A DNA stretch of 64,000 nt, taken from contig OZ024755.1 in assembly GCA_964016885.1 (NCBI GenBank), forward strand, positions 37,200,001 through 37,264,000, read 5' to 3'. The first letter of the stretch is position 1, and the number at the start of each line of letters is the position of its first letter. This document shows positions 45,575 to 59,556 of this stretch, piece after piece. The position numbers and the translations under genes were made by a program. The notes under the pieces were generated by a model. It saw only the letters and a list, made by a program, of their open reading frames with translations. It was not told the DNA's origin and did not search any database. The DNA is from Eledone cirrhosa (lineage: Eukaryota).

Positions 45575-45915
45575 GATATTAATAAATAGAAACTATATTT
45601 ATAAAACCATATTTATTTTATTATATATACTTCAAGGGCGACCAAACCAACGTCGGTGCGCTTTCATCAGATAACATACAAAATTTGTTTTATAAATAAC
45701 GACATACCAATGGAAATCAACCTTAACGGTCGGAAATTCGCACTAACCAGCGAATTTCCGACCGTTAATGTTGATTTCCATGGGTATGTCGTTATTTATA
45801 AAACAAATTTTGTATTTTATCTGATGAAAGCGCACCGAGATGGGCTTGGTCGCCCTTGAAGTATATATATAAAATAAATATGGTTTTATAAATATAGTTT
45901 CCATTTATTAATATC
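45575..45915. repeat. Palindromic (inverted) pair with HHR-like cores (GAAG instead of GAAA)
   Basis: Centre ~45748. CTGATGA at 45821 and reverse at ~45664-45670. Same family as 35855-36015. Confidence 0.75.
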
Positions 45916-45917
45916 TT

Positions 45918-45965
<48 letters not shown>

Positions 45966-46161
45966 AAAAGAGTCAGAACCCCAACGGTTGAGCTCTGGCC
46001 GTCGGCGTCCTGACACTTTTTCTATTACCCACTCTACTACCCTAAGTATTGAGTACTCTGGTGCGTTATGGTCCACCTGGTATCTTACCACACCCTCTTT
46101 GTTATATATACACGAAATTTAGTAGATAAATTATGTAATATTCATTCATTATTTATTCAAA

Positions 46162-46351
46162 GGGCGGTGGATTGGCAGTATCGGTAGAGGGTCGGACGCC
46201 ATGCTTTCCAGCATAGTTACGTCCCTTTACGATCTGAGTTCAAATCCCGCCGAGGTTGACTTTGCCTTTCATCCTTACGGGGTCGATAAAATAAAGTACC
46301 AGTAATGGACTGTATAATTGCTGGCCTTGTGCCTAAAGTAGAAACAATTAT
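46162..46351 (+). mobile_element. SINE family A, full length
   Basis: Consensus match from GGCGGTGG to GAAACAATTATT. Confidence 0.9.
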
Positions 46352-46646
46352 TTATTCAAAGTAATCCATCTTATTTTACTAATGGGATAGAAAATTATAA
46401 ACCGTACGCAGTCCCGCGCTTCTTACTTTATTAAAGTTTAGATATATATATACATATATATATACACACATATATGTATACATATATATATATACACATA
46501 TATGCATACATATATATACACATACATATATATATATATACATATATATACTTACATATATATACATATATATACATACATATATATATATACATATATA
46601 TATATTTACATATATATATACATACATACATATATATATACATACA

Positions 46647-46684
<38 letters not shown>

Positions 46685-46689
46685 CATAT

Positions 46690-47598
46690 AAAAAAGAAAA
46701 TTTCGTTCTACATGGCTGAATACAATAAATGTAATCTGAGTTTTTCGAATATTAATAATTACATTCGATTCGTTTGCAGCTTTGGAAATAAGCCTCAGTT
46801 TTATACTCATGTCAGTAGAATGAATACTTCATTCTTGATCTTGTGTTGGCATGTGAACAGAACTGTAGACACTAATGTTTTTGGGTATCACCCTTCATCA
46901 GTACATCTCACTGTTCACCTGCCATACTGTCAGAGATAGTGAAAATATATGCTAGTTTCAAAAATACACAGTGACAGATCGGCCTGATTAGCAGACTGGC
47001 TGATCAGTCAGATCTGCATATTAGCAGATCCACTGATCAGCCAGATTTGTATATCAGCAGAGTGGCCAGTCAGTTTCCTGTATACGAGCGATAAATGGCC
47101 GGCTTTGCTAAATTCAAATGAAAAAGAAAATTTCGCTCTACATGGTGAATACAATAAATGTAATCTGAGTTTTTCGAATATTAATAATTGTTTCTACTTT
47201 TGGCACAAGGCCAGCAATTACCTCAGTGCATTACTGGTACTTTATTTTATCGACCAGTAAGGAAGAAAGGCAAAGTTAACCTCGGCGAGATAATACCATT
47301 CGATTGGTTTGCAATTATGCAGGCAAGCCTCAATTTTATAGCCATGTCATTAGAATGAACACTTCATTCTTGATCTTGTGTTGGCATGTGAACAGAACTG
47401 CAGACACTAATGTTTCTGGGTATCACCCTTCATCAGTACAGTTCACTGTTCACCAGAGCTAGTGAAAATATATGGTATTTTCAAAATACACAGTGACTGA
47501 TCGGCCTGATTTGCATATAAAGTTGAGGCTTCTTTGCAAAATTGCAAATGAATCGAATATTATTATTAATATTCGAAAAACTCAGATTACATTTATTA
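46690..47598. mobile_element. Diverged tandem duplication (46690-46990 / 47120-47515) with short inverted end, degenerate minus-strand HHRs (~46870-46905, 47405-47440) and a SINE A fragment (47185-47288) in the second copy
   Basis: Repeated AAAGAAAATTTCG.TCTACATGG. Minus strand CTGATGAagggt gat accca GAAACATTagtg. Confidence 0.65.
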
Positions 47599-47601
47599 TA
47601 T

Positions 47602-47676
<75 letters not shown>

Positions 47677-47894
47677 TACAATTGTTTCACCTAATAAAAA
47701 CAATGAAATAAAAACAAACAAGTTCCTTATATTAAAAAATTCATCATTTTACGATCGTTTCTGGGATGTATATGTGTGTTGGTATGTATATCATATAGAT
47801 CTATGTAAAAATATTACAAATTATCAGAGGAAATATACACACCTTCACATACACATGTCGTCCTCAGAAATATATATATATATATATATATATA

Positions 47895-48500
47895 TGGTGG
47901 CTGCCAACTCGTTTTCGAGTACGGCCACTACTTTATATCCATGTAGAACTCCTACCGATGCGCTGAACAAGTGTGACTTTTTAGTCCAGACAGCGACTTG
48001 AAAACTCTGGTACAAACACTACACCTGTGACAATTATTAACACACAGTGCTGGGCCCATGGTACCATGTGACGACAAGTGCAGAGAGATCTCCAGATATA
48101 AAGCAATGCCTGTGCCGTGAAGCTTTTATAGTGAGCAAAGGCACTGCACAAAGCCAGTCCCACTCTCTTAACCAAGATGATATTTACCAAAAAGAAGAAC
48201 AAGTCAACATCATTGGATACCATCAGGGTTGCAGGTATTATATCAGAGTTTTCCTTCTCCTAGAATTCTGCCTTGACAAAGGCTAAGGGGTCATCTCTCC
48301 CGGTGATTTTGGATGGCCATTGACTCCTAATAGCTCTTTTGCCCTTTGACAGGTTTTGTTTTTAGTCCTGCAGGATGTCCAAAATCACCCTCCTCACCAA
48401 GAAACCTTGGTGGGGTTGCCAGTTTAGTCGCCAACGACCCGACCATGAGACAGGTTGTACTGGGATACATGTTACCAGTAGCACCAACTGGTGACCTGAC
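47895..48500 (-). mobile_element. Longer copy of the repeat at 12629-13038
   Basis: Near identity over ~400 bp. (TA)n flanks. Confidence 0.75.
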
Positions 48501-48906
48501 ATAATATATATATATATAGGCATATATATACACACATATATATACAGTATATATGCATATATATACATATATATATACTTATATATATATACTATAAAGT
48601 ATGTCCATAGAATCATTTGATAAGATATATCCACCATCTCCTCTCCCAATCAGCATAATCAACCACACAAAAAAACAAAATAAACCAAGCTATAAGATTA
48701 AAAAGCACCCATGAAGAAATAATAGATAAATAAACGACAGCCATCTATTAGCGATCAACAGCTATAGAATATTTACTCAGCATTTCAATAGCACGTGGAA
48801 ATCGATTAAATATATCGTCAACCATACACAATTAGGTATAAAATTAAAGTTAGAAGAAAAATGTATATAAACATACCAAGATTGTTTTAATATTTCTATA
48901 TGTATA

Positions 48907-48942
<36 letters not shown>

Positions 48943-49402
48943 TAATAATATATGTAGTAAGAAACACAGTAAATCGTGTGTCTAATATTACGAGCTTATT
49001 GATTGCAGGGTTTCAGTATGAGTTATTAACTCTAACTTTCATTTATATATATATATATATATAAATATAAAAACAATGAAATTAAACAAAAAACGGTTAA
49101 TTCATAGTAAAACTCATTATTTTATGATCGTTTCTTTGCTTCACGACATCTACACACGGATTACATTGAGTTCTTCATACGGTTTAGACCCTATCATTGA
49201 TTGGTAGATTTATCTGTATATATATATATATATATAATTTTTACATTTTAATTAAAAAAATTTAAAGACATTTTATAACATTATGTGCATCATGTATTCT
49301 GTCTTTTTCCATATAGCGCTGGCCTCGGGACCCCCCTGCTGGTCCTTTAACCTTGTTCTGGTGACGCAGCTCGATGGAGCATGCAACTACTGATATACTC
49401 AT

Positions 49403-49464
49403 GTTTATAGGCTCTGATGATTCCTGCCATGGTGTATGGATGAAACACTGTTAGCTAATAAAAC
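49403..49464 (+). ncRNA. Minimal type I hammerhead ribozyme
   Basis: ggct-CTGATGA(49414)-tTCC tgccatggtgta t GGAt-GAAAC act GTT-agct, with outer gtttat/taaaac pairing. Confidence 0.72.
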
Positions 49465-49497
49465 AATGTATTTCTAAGCACTCTTTGGTTATTCCTA

Positions 49498-49538
<41 letters not shown>

Positions 49539-49811
49539 ATTACTGCAACTTACATGTACTACTGTCACGTGTTTCTCCCTCTCTGTCGGTATGTTTTTCT
49601 TCTGTTTATTTTCTTTTGCTGTCGTTCTATTCGCTATCGTCTGTTTTCCTCGATCGTAAAAATGATAGAAAGATAAATTACGACTGAAAAGTTGGGGTAA
49701 AAACATCAGAAAGATTTCACTTCGCGGGCTGCAGGCTGCCCATGACTGGTTTAGAGTGGTCGCCTATTATCATGGTTATTTCCCTTGGAACCCACGCTTT
49801 TCATATTTTCC

Positions 49812-50440
49812 TATATGTGTGTGTGTATGTATGCGCGTGCGTGTATGTCTGTGTGTATGTCCGTGTTTGTCTGTGTGTGTCTGCATTTTTCTCTGTGTGT
49901 GTGTGTCCGTGTGATTGCGTTTGTGTGCGTGGGTGTCTGTGTGCGTATGTGTCTGTTTGTGTGCGTGCTACCGTGTGTGTGTGTGTATGATTGTGTTTGT
50001 GTGTGAGTGTCTGCGTGCGTGTATATGATTGTGTTTGTGTGCGTATGTGCGCGTGTGTGTGTGTGTGTCTGTGTGTGCTCGTGTGTATGTTTCTGTGTTG
50101 GTGTGTATGTGTGTGTGTGTGCAAGATTGCGTTTGTGTGCCTGTGTGCACGTGTGTGTGTTTGCGACCGTGTGTGTGTATGTGTTTTTTCTGTGTGTCTG
50201 TCTGTGTATGATTGTGTTTGTGTGCGTGCTACCGTGTGTGCGTGTGTGTGTGTGTGTCTGTGTGTGTGCGTGTGTGTGTTTCTGTGTTGGTGTGTGTGTG
50301 AGTGTGCCTGTGTGCACGTGTGTGTGTTTGCGACCGTGTGTGTGTATGTGTTATTCTGTGTGTCTGTCTGCGTATGATTGTGTTTGTGTGCGTGCTACCG
50401 TGTGTGTGTGTGTAGTGTAACTGTGAGTGTGGGTGTGTGT
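49812..50440 (+). repeat. Complex (GT)-rich minisatellite
   Basis: Recurrent GTATGATTGTGTTTGTGTGCGTGCTACC. Confidence 0.85.
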
Positions 50441-50579
50441 ACCATCATTCATGCATTAGCAACATAGTAGGTAATTATGTTGCTAACACAAGTGTTAGAC
50501 CCCGACTAAGCGTTAAAGCCGATTATCGCCACAGAATTATTTTTTCTGTAAGAATTCATTATTTCCTTATACAATGAAC

Positions 50580-50640
50580 TATCAACATCAACAGCGTCAC
50601 CATCTTCATCATCATCATCATCATCATCATCCTCAACACC

Positions 50641-50671
<31 letters not shown>

Positions 50672-50812
50672 CCATCATCCTCAACATCACCACCATCACC
50701 ACCATCATCATCACCACCATCATCATCATCACCATCACCATCATCATCATCATCATCACCATCATCCTCAACATCACCACCACCACCATCATCAACATCA
50801 ACATCAACAACA
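50580..50812 (+). repeat. (CAT/CAC/CAA)n trinucleotide microsatellite
   Basis: Direct inspection. Confidence 0.9.
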
Positions 50813-50828
50813 ATGTTTAGAAGCCATT

Positions 50829-51303
50829 GGTGGATTGGCAGTATCGGTAGAGGGTCGGATGCCATGCTTTGAAGCATAGAGTTACCTCTCTTTACGATCT
50901 GAGTTCAAATCCCGCCGAGGTTAACTTTGCCTTTCATCCTTACGGGGTCGATAAAATAAAGTACCAGTAACGTACTGGGGTAATTGTTGGCCTTGTGCCA
51001 AAAGTTGAAACAATTATTAATGGCTGCGGATGGGAGTATCGGTAGAGGGTCGGACGCCATGCTTTGAAGCATAGAGTTACGCCCTTTAAGATTATTATTA
51101 TTATTACTGTAAATAATTGTTTCTACTATTGGCACAAGGCCAGAAATTACCCAGTACATTACTGGTACTTTATTTTATCGACCCCGTAAGGATGAAAGGC
51201 AAAGTTAACCTCGGCGCGATTTGAACTCAGAATGACAAGGGCCGTAACTCTATGCGTCAAACCATGGCGTCCGACCCTCTACCGATACTGCCAATCCACC
51301 GCC
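50829..51303. mobile_element. Cluster of SINE A copies: 50829-51018 (+), 51022-51090 (+, partial), 51113-51303 (-)
   Basis: Consensus matches. Outer copies are inverted relative to each other. Confidence 0.88.
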
Positions 51304-51925
51304 CTGATATTATTACTATAAATAATATCATCTTTATACAGTTTTTATCATTAAAGTTTACTAAAAAGTGTTTTTTTTAATCTCTAGATATATCATGAAA
51401 TTAAGTTCAATCTGAACAATATTTACATCTATTTGAGCCGTGACACCCGTATAAAATTAGATACATCTCTAATGACAACAAATAGGCTATTTGATCGTTT
51501 ATCAGTTCTACTAATTTCTACTTAATATTTCACAAAAAATGTTACTTTGTAAAAGTGTGTTGCTAATACAAAGAGGACTGCTATAAGGTCTCGTAACAAA
51601 CCCCTTGTGTTTCTTTTATCTTTAGATAGACCTATCCCGTCACATTAATGGAGAGTATAAACTAAACATAGATACATCAGCCACAGCTGTTCCCCTTACA
51701 CAAATCTGTGGAACACTCGTATAATACAATTTCGTCGTACCAAAGTTATTACCTATACACATCCCTCGACCCACTAGTAACTCCATCAAAACAACTCTCT
51801 ACTGTTTTTAAACAGTGAAGGCAGATTGAATAATGCAGTCTTACATATACACTAGATAAACTTAAACTGAAACCCACCCTGAAAATCGCATTCACTAATT
51901 TATTACAATATATTGATTTCGTCTT

Positions 51926-52190
51926 CTAAACTCGGCTAGTTGCAGACTGCGCATCAACATGAGATATTTTTCTCCACAAAGTTCGATCACCAGCAGCAGA
52001 GTTAAAAGAACAAAGATCAAGTCCAGTCCATAAGTTGACATTGTCAAGCCATCGTTTTGGCTGCTGGCCTCTGCTTCTCTTACCAGCCAACCTTCCTTTC
52101 AGGCATAACCTACTCAGACCACGAGTTGATCTTTTTATATGACTGTATAGTTTGAGTACTCTGCACTTGGCAACTCTTAAACACAACCTC
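51926..52190 (-). pseudogene. RTE-type LINE extreme 3' fragment
   Basis: LKLYSHIKR..LCLKGRLAGKRSRGQQPKRWLDNV..AAGDRTLWR. Part repeated at 60470-60540. Confidence 0.65.
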
Positions 52191-53982
52191 AATTAACAAA
52201 AAATACATCAACTGAAAGAAACTTACAAGAACTCAACAGCATATATCAAAACAGATTTAGGAATTACACGGTGTATAGACATCTTGAAGGGAGTTAAGCA
52301 GGGGGGGGTGTGTACTATCAGCACTTCTTTTCTGTATAGTTATAGCTGTACGTATCTACCAAACTGAAGAAGAATGCTCCTCTGGCTATGAAATAAGGGA
52401 TAGAATCCTATCAAATCTTAGCTAAGCCGATTGATTTCGTACATAGGCGCAAATGCTCATATCAGGGTGAAGGTTAAAGTTGATTATATGAACCCCAGTA
52501 CTTGACTAATATTTTATCAACACTGAGAGGATAATAATCTGAGTTGATCCTGATAGGATATAAACTCAGTAAGAACAAAAAGTGCCATATTTAAAAACTA
52601 ATTTCCCGATCCACATCTCTGATATAGTCCTATATATTGAACAGGCCTATGATCAATATATTGGATATATTTTGGCCATATTCTGCGCCTGTTCACCGAA
52701 CGACACTCGAAAACAGCAAAGAACTCCACCTGGCGGCCAACAGAAGCGGGTTTGCCGCAGGATCACCTGGCGACGAACGTTTCAAAAAGACCTGATGGCA
52801 GCCAACATCATTTGGCACGGACTCGAAAAAGTCTGATCGTCACCGCTGGCGACTACTTACTGCTCGAAAGTACTTAAGACTAAGACTATGATCGAACACG
52901 AGCCACGTCTGTCTTACGTTTCTTTGTTAAAATACACGTATGACGCCATGCGGTGGGATTGAACCCAAAGCTCTTTGATGGCGAATCGAACTTCTTAATT
53001 ATTCAACTTTGCTGCGGCTATAGTCCACCAAAGCATAATCTTTCTGGTCTTAAAATTATGAAACTGTGTTGTACACATTTAGTCTGACGCTCTACCGATT
53101 TTGTCAACTGCCTTACTCCTCCCCCAGAAATCATTATTTTCGCCAGGTAAACTAAAACGGGTAGAGATATTAATATTTGTTTGCATCACTATATCTCGTT
53201 ATGAGTTTTCCGTAACACGATTTTTAAAATCATTTGATTTGCTACTTTTCCACTTCATTAATCCCTCCAAGTTATCAAATTAGAAATAAAACCACTGGAT
53301 TTAATTCTCCATACTCTGTTTGCCTTAATCAAAATATATAATTCAAATTTAAATATTATCTTTATTTTCAATTACTTTGATGTAAATCATCAGTTTGCTT
53401 TCATTTCAAACTTCACTTCCACATTAAGCTATGTAAATAAGTCGCCGTAATATTCTGCCAGCAGAACTAAGCTTATGTTCCATTGATTCCTTTACTGAAC
53501 GCTAAAGTCGTTGGAATTATACCAATTAAAAAAGAGAATGGTTGACAAATATTTTTCTTTGAGAATTCCGTGGTTATATTATTAACTATTTTGTTTTAGT
53601 TACTTTTCAGATCTGTTTTTCTTGGATAATGCGATCCATTCTTATCATTGATGAAAATCCCAAGGCGATAAATGTCTTATTATTGTTCACTTGAAAACGG
53701 ATTATTTAGCTTAAAGGCAGCAGATAGCTGAAACTTTGCAATTTTTATTCTATTGTCATGATTTTCTACGTTCAAGTCCAGCTTGGTCTTCACGTTGATC
53801 GCATTTTCAAATGATTGAACAGATACAATTAACATATTGGTAAGGGGCCACAATCTTAGATTATCTCTAACGACTGAGCAGTATCATACTTAAAGGTAAT
53901 TCAACAATGACCGTAGTGAACATTTCTCGGGCATATATCTATGTGTGTGTGTGCATGTGTGTGTGTGCATGTGTGCGTTATA

Positions 53983-54405
53983 TCTATATATTACTAAAAC
54001 TCTGTGATTGCTTGCTTGTCTGTAATGTAATACAGCCAAAAGGGCGCATAATGGGAAAATACTTTGAAAGGAAGTTGACCCTGAAATGGGAATACAAATG
54101 GAATAAAACAAGTTTCGCGTAAATTGAATCAAGGGTTTACCGAGATACGGGGTTTTTCCGGGTACCTTCATAAACAGAGAGAGTGAAGGATAGAGAGGAA
54201 GAGATAGTGGTTGTGAGAGAGTAGATTGAAAGAGAGACATAGAGAGAGGGAGAGGAGAGAGAGAAGGAGAATGGAAGAGAGCTGGTGGTGTTGTGTATAT
54301 ATGTGAGTGTGTGTGTATATATATGTGTGTGCCTATGACCAGTGTATATAGATCACAGACATCCCACATATATACACACACACACACACACATACATATA
54401 TGTAT

Positions 54406-54436
<31 letters not shown>

Positions 54437-54591
54437 CATACACACGTATATATATGGACCTTCCAGTTCCATTTCACATTATATACATGTCTGTGTATAT
54501 TTTACTTATTTAAAAATTGTTTTTAAGTGAACATTATTTAAAAAAAAATATTTTGAAGTGAACGTGACCCAACGGGTCACGTGTGGTCTAG
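53983..54591 (+). mobile_element. Non-autonomous Helitron, copy 2
   Basis: A|TC start, CGTGACCC aac GGGTCACG hairpin, CTAG|T end. Confidence 0.8.
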
Positions 54592-54595
54592 TATT

Positions 54596-55443
54596 GCCGA
54601 GGTTAACTTTGCCTTTCACCCTTACGGGGTCGATAAAATAAAGTACCAGTAATGCACTGGGTTATTTGCTGGCCTTGTGCCAAAAGTAGAAACAATTATA
54701 TATAACTAAGGTTTCAAAGCTTCTTCCAACATCAGACCTAGAGACGGTACATCTACCAGCGTTGCATAACATTCATGCAACGTTATTTCATACACGAGGT
54801 ATCGCCAAGTGCAAGGGAACAATAAATTTGTTGTTTTTGTTATTCAAGGGAAGTAATTCCTGGGTCTGTATGTTTATCTTTTTTAATGCAATTAGAATTG
54901 TAATTGTTAAAGTGGCTGTTTTGTGTGTATGTGTGCCAATGTTTTCCCGTGAAATAACTGTTTCTACCTTTGGCACAAGGCTAGCAATTATCCAGTACAT
55001 TACTGGTACTTTATTTTATCGACCCCGCAAGGATGAAAGGCAAAGTCAACCTCGGCGGGATTTGAACTCAGATCGTAAAGGGACGTAACTATGCTGGAAA
55101 GCATGGCGTCCGACCCTTGAAATAACGTCGGACATCTTGGTATTGCCTGAAAGATAAGCAACACTAGCAGATATCCTATCTTTAATACCTATGCTAGAGT
55201 AGGCTTTGAAACCTTAGGTAGCATGCTACTGTGTTGAGAATTTATTTGTAATAATTGTTTCTACTTTTGGCACAAGGCCAGCAATTACCCAGTACATTAC
55301 TGGAACCTTACTTTATCGACCCCGTAAGGATGAAAGGCAAAGTTAACCTCGGGGGGATTTGAACTCAGACCGTAAAGGTGCATAACTCTATGTTGTAAAG
55401 CATGGCATCCGACCCACTACCGATACTGCCAATCCATCGCCCT
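54596..55443. mobile_element. Three SINE A copies: 54596-54698 (+, 3' half), 54955-55117 (-), 55250-55443 (-)
   Basis: Consensus matches. Confidence 0.85.
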
Positions 55444-56954
55444 TTATTTATTTATAATGATATACTTCAGCTCTGTATTTGACATAGAGCAAATTTTTTC
55501 CTTTATTTATTCCACGGAAACTCTGGACACTACGTACATATACACTCTAAATTTTGTCTCATGGCCTTCACTCGTCACCTTTTTTTACCACTACTTTTGT
55601 CGGTGTTGCCTGCTCCCATCTCCATTCACACTCGAACAACTCACTCGTCTTTCCCCCTCTATATACCCATATATTTTCCAACCCCATGTCCACACAAACT
55701 ACTACACAGTCTTTATTCCTCAGATTTTCAACCCACTGGAATTCCCTCTTTACTTGTTATTCAATGAAATGGTCTACTCTGTATTGTTCAAGCGGAACAT
55801 AAACATTATGGATCTCCCCAGTCTTAGAGGTTTTTAAAATCATATGCACAGCTTTTTATCTATAAAAAAAAAGCATCAGCAAATTGACCAAAGAAACAGG
55901 ATTGAAATCCAGTTGTAGTTTAAAGTTTTATATGTATTTCAGTAATCCGTTAGTAATTATACAGATTCCATATTCGATATTACCAAAGTTAATAACATTT
56001 GCTTCAAACTGCTGTGGTTAAGTGTGCAAAATACTGGAAAATAGGTTGGTTAATGAGTCGTGAAGGCTACATCGTGTTATTCACGTTAGCTATTGACTTT
56101 TGACAACAGAGTTAAGCCGACAAGAACTTTCTGCGTTGTTCGTACTATGGAGAGAGTGTGTCTGTTGATGTGCTAAATAATCTATAAATATTGATAGAAA
56201 GTGGGGTGAGAGGAGTCTTTTGTAACGAGTAACAACAGTACATTGCCATGATAAAAGAAACTAAAAGAAGTGTGTGCTATTTCGGAACGTAGTATCTATT
56301 ATGTATATAGGATTGATGGATAACAATATTGATTTGAAACAATATTCAGCAATGTTGAGATATTGTATCGACTTCGCGTTTACAAAAGTATCATTTCAAT
56401 AAATAAAACTTCAAAATAAAAACAAAAGAGCGGAAGATATAATTGAATTAACCATTATATTTACCCACTTCCCATCATCTTCTACCCATATAATTTATAG
56501 ATAGCTTGTCTAGATAGATTAGTTGCCAGCATGTAACCTATCAAAAGTGTATTCCACCTTAGATGGTGTGTGTGTAAAACAGCAGATACTAATTACATTT
56601 TGGGGATATTTTTCACGATCTACTTCAGTTGATAAACTCGTTTTTCTAGTATTTTAATATTTCTTTTTTATTCTCCCCATTTTATCACACAGTCGACTCT
56701 TCCATGCCCCAGCTCTGCAACAGTGTTCATTTTATCGACCTCGAGAATAATAAAAAACGAAGTAGACCCGGGCAGAATTTCTATTCAGAATATAAAAGAA
56801 TGTAACAAAATAGCACAAGATAGATTAGTCCGACGCTCCACCCATTTTGCCAATGGGAAAATCTCCACTTATTCACTCGCTGCAAATCGGTAGCATATAT
56901 TATTCCGTTTTACGATAAAGTCCGCCTGGACGAGGAGGCGAAATTGCTCTTAAA

Positions 56955-57144
56955 CAATTGTTTCTCCTTTTGGCACAAGGCCAGCAATTACTTCAGAGTA
57001 TTGCTGGTGATTTACTTTATCGACCCCGTAAGGATGAAAGGCAAAGTTTACCTCGGCGGGATTTAAACTCAGATTGTAAAGGGCCGTAACTCTGTGCTAC
57101 AAAGCATGGTCAGTCCCTCTACCGATACTGCCAATCCACCGCCC
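56955..57144 (-). mobile_element. SINE family A (older relic at ~56720-56853)
   Basis: Consensus match. Confidence 0.85.
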
Positions 57145-57253
57145 ATGTGCAATTATTATAATAGCCATTTATTTATATTTCATGATAAATTAACAAAATA
57201 AGGGAATAATTACTTATTTTCGAACTACAAATATCTTTTAATCTATCTATCGA

Positions 57254-57866
57254 TCTATATATAACTAAAAGTCTGTGGTGACTTGACTGCCTGTCTGTAA
57301 TGTAATACAATAAAAAGGGCGCATAATGGGAAAATACTTTGAAAGGAAATTGACCCTGAAATGGGAATACAAATGGAATAAAACAAGTTTCGCGTAAATC
57401 GGACCACGGGTTCCCGAGATACGGGGTTTTTCCGGATACCTTCATAAACAAAGAGAGAGAAAGATAGAAAGGAAGAGATAGTGGTTGTGAGAGAGTAGAT
57501 TGAAAGAGAGACATAGAGAGAGGGAGAGGAGAAGGAGAAGGGAAATGGAAGAGAGCTGGTGGTGGTGTTGTGTATATATGTGTGAGTGTATGTGTATATA
57601 TATATGTCAGTGTGTATGTGTGTATCTATGACCAGTGTATATAGATCACAGACACCTACATATATATACACACACATACATACACACACACATATATATA
57701 TATATATATGTATACACACACATTTATATATATACATACACGTATATATATATGAGCATTTCAGTGTATATTTAAAATTATTTTAAAGTGTATATTTAAA
57801 ATGTATATTTAAAATTATTTTAAAGTGAACATGATTTAAAATAAAACTTTTAAAGTAATTTCACTT

Positions 57867-57932
<66 letters not shown>

Positions 57933-58248
57933 CATAAAACATGTCTATAGAAGCACTAGATAAAATATATACCGTTTCCTCTCCCAATTAGCATAATTAA
58001 CCATATAAAAAATCAATTAGACCAAGCTATAAGAATAAAGGCTCCTATTTTTATATGGTTAATTATGCTAATTGGAAGAGGAAACGCTATATACTTTATC
58101 TAGTGATTCTATAGACATGTTTTATGATATATAGCTCTGATTATTTAATTTATTAATTCTTCATTGAGCCACAACGTGACCCGTTGCAAAACACATATAT
58201 ATCTATGACTTTATATATATATATATATGTAAACCTTTATATATATAT

Positions 58249-58301
<53 letters not shown>

Positions 58302-58698
58302 TCTGCTGGTCACACTCTCTCGGCTGGCCTATTCCTCACACTTTCACTCACTCACTCTCTGCTGCTCCCCCTCTCTCACCTCCTCCCATCTGACCTGTGT
58401 GAAATCCTTTTCTCGCTCACTATTCGCAGGGTTCAGACGCGTCCTTCGTCTTCTCGTCGTTGATTTGGTCGAACTTAAGTTCACATGTATCATTGACTTG
58501 TCTCTCATTTCCTCTCTTTACGTTGTATTACTACTTTTATTTGTTTACTGTCCCTCTTTCTCCACCCAATTCGCAATAACTTATTTTAGTTATTGCTCGC
58601 ACTGATTTTGAGGTATCTGATCTTTAATGCGAAAAAATACTGATGATAGTCAGAAGATCACTGATGATGGACAATCCCGTTTCTTGCTCTATTTTTCA

Positions 58699-58750
<52 letters not shown>

Positions 58751-58991
58751 AACAAGTAGGACCCCGAAGGCTGTGCTCAAGCCGTTTCGACGGCTAATTC
58801 TGGTCCAGAATTAGCCGTCGAAACGGCTTGAGCTCAGCCGTCTGAGTCCTACTTGTTCCTATTACCCACTCTACTACCCTAAGTATTGAGTACTTTGGTG
58901 CGTTATGGTCCATCTGGTTCCTTACCACATCTCCTTCGTTATATATATATATATATAAGAGGAAGGCACGAACGGGTCACGAGTGGTCTAG
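57254..58991 (+). mobile_element. Non-autonomous Helitron, copy 3, interrupted by nested insertions
   Basis: Body 57254-57860 homologous to copies 1 and 2. Hairpin left half AACGTGACCC at 58173-58182, right half and CTAG at 58971-58991. Confidence 0.7.
58748..58942 (+). mobile_element. Fold-back element family (other copies 32597, 34260, 35598, 45963, 63740)
   Basis: Palindrome around GCCGTTTCGACGGCTA..TAGCCGTCGAAACGGC followed by CTATTACCCACTCTACTACCCTAAGTATTGAGTACT..GGTGCGTTATGG. Inside (TA)n. Confidence 0.8.
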
Positions 58992-59556
58992 TAAAGAATA
59001 AAATAAAATAAAATATATTTCTTGTTTGAATATTATATGTTGATAATAATTTCTTGTTGGAATATTTATAATCAATGACAATACTATTGTTTAACTGTCA
59101 ATAACTATCACTAAAGCTTTAAATGGTTGCTATACACGAGTACGAAGAAAGATAACAATCATCAAAGCTCTGGACCGTTACAGACATAATTCTCTACGGC
59201 TACCCCCGCTCATTAGCCATACCATCTGAATTAGACGTCTTTAACTTGCAGGTCATGTCATAAGAGGCAACGAGCCTGCTCTCTCTCTCTCTCATATATA
59301 TATATATTTGTGCGTCGGATGGTATCTAAGATTCTTCCATAGGCAGTATGCCGGTTGAACACTCTATGCTCTTACCGAGTGGAAGAATATGCTCCGAAAT
59401 GATTAGACGTGTCCGTCGAACCTGCGGGTCCAGAATCAGACAGATCCATGCAATGATCGCGTGTCGAGCTGTCCGCCGACGAAACAATTGTAACGCACAA
59501 TAAATTGAGTTCAGATGCATCACTGATTTTTCGTTTTTATATATATATATATATAG

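Noticed and set aside
50506-50879. Poly-His / poly-Asp ORFs
   Set aside because: (CAT)n microsatellite joined to a SINE
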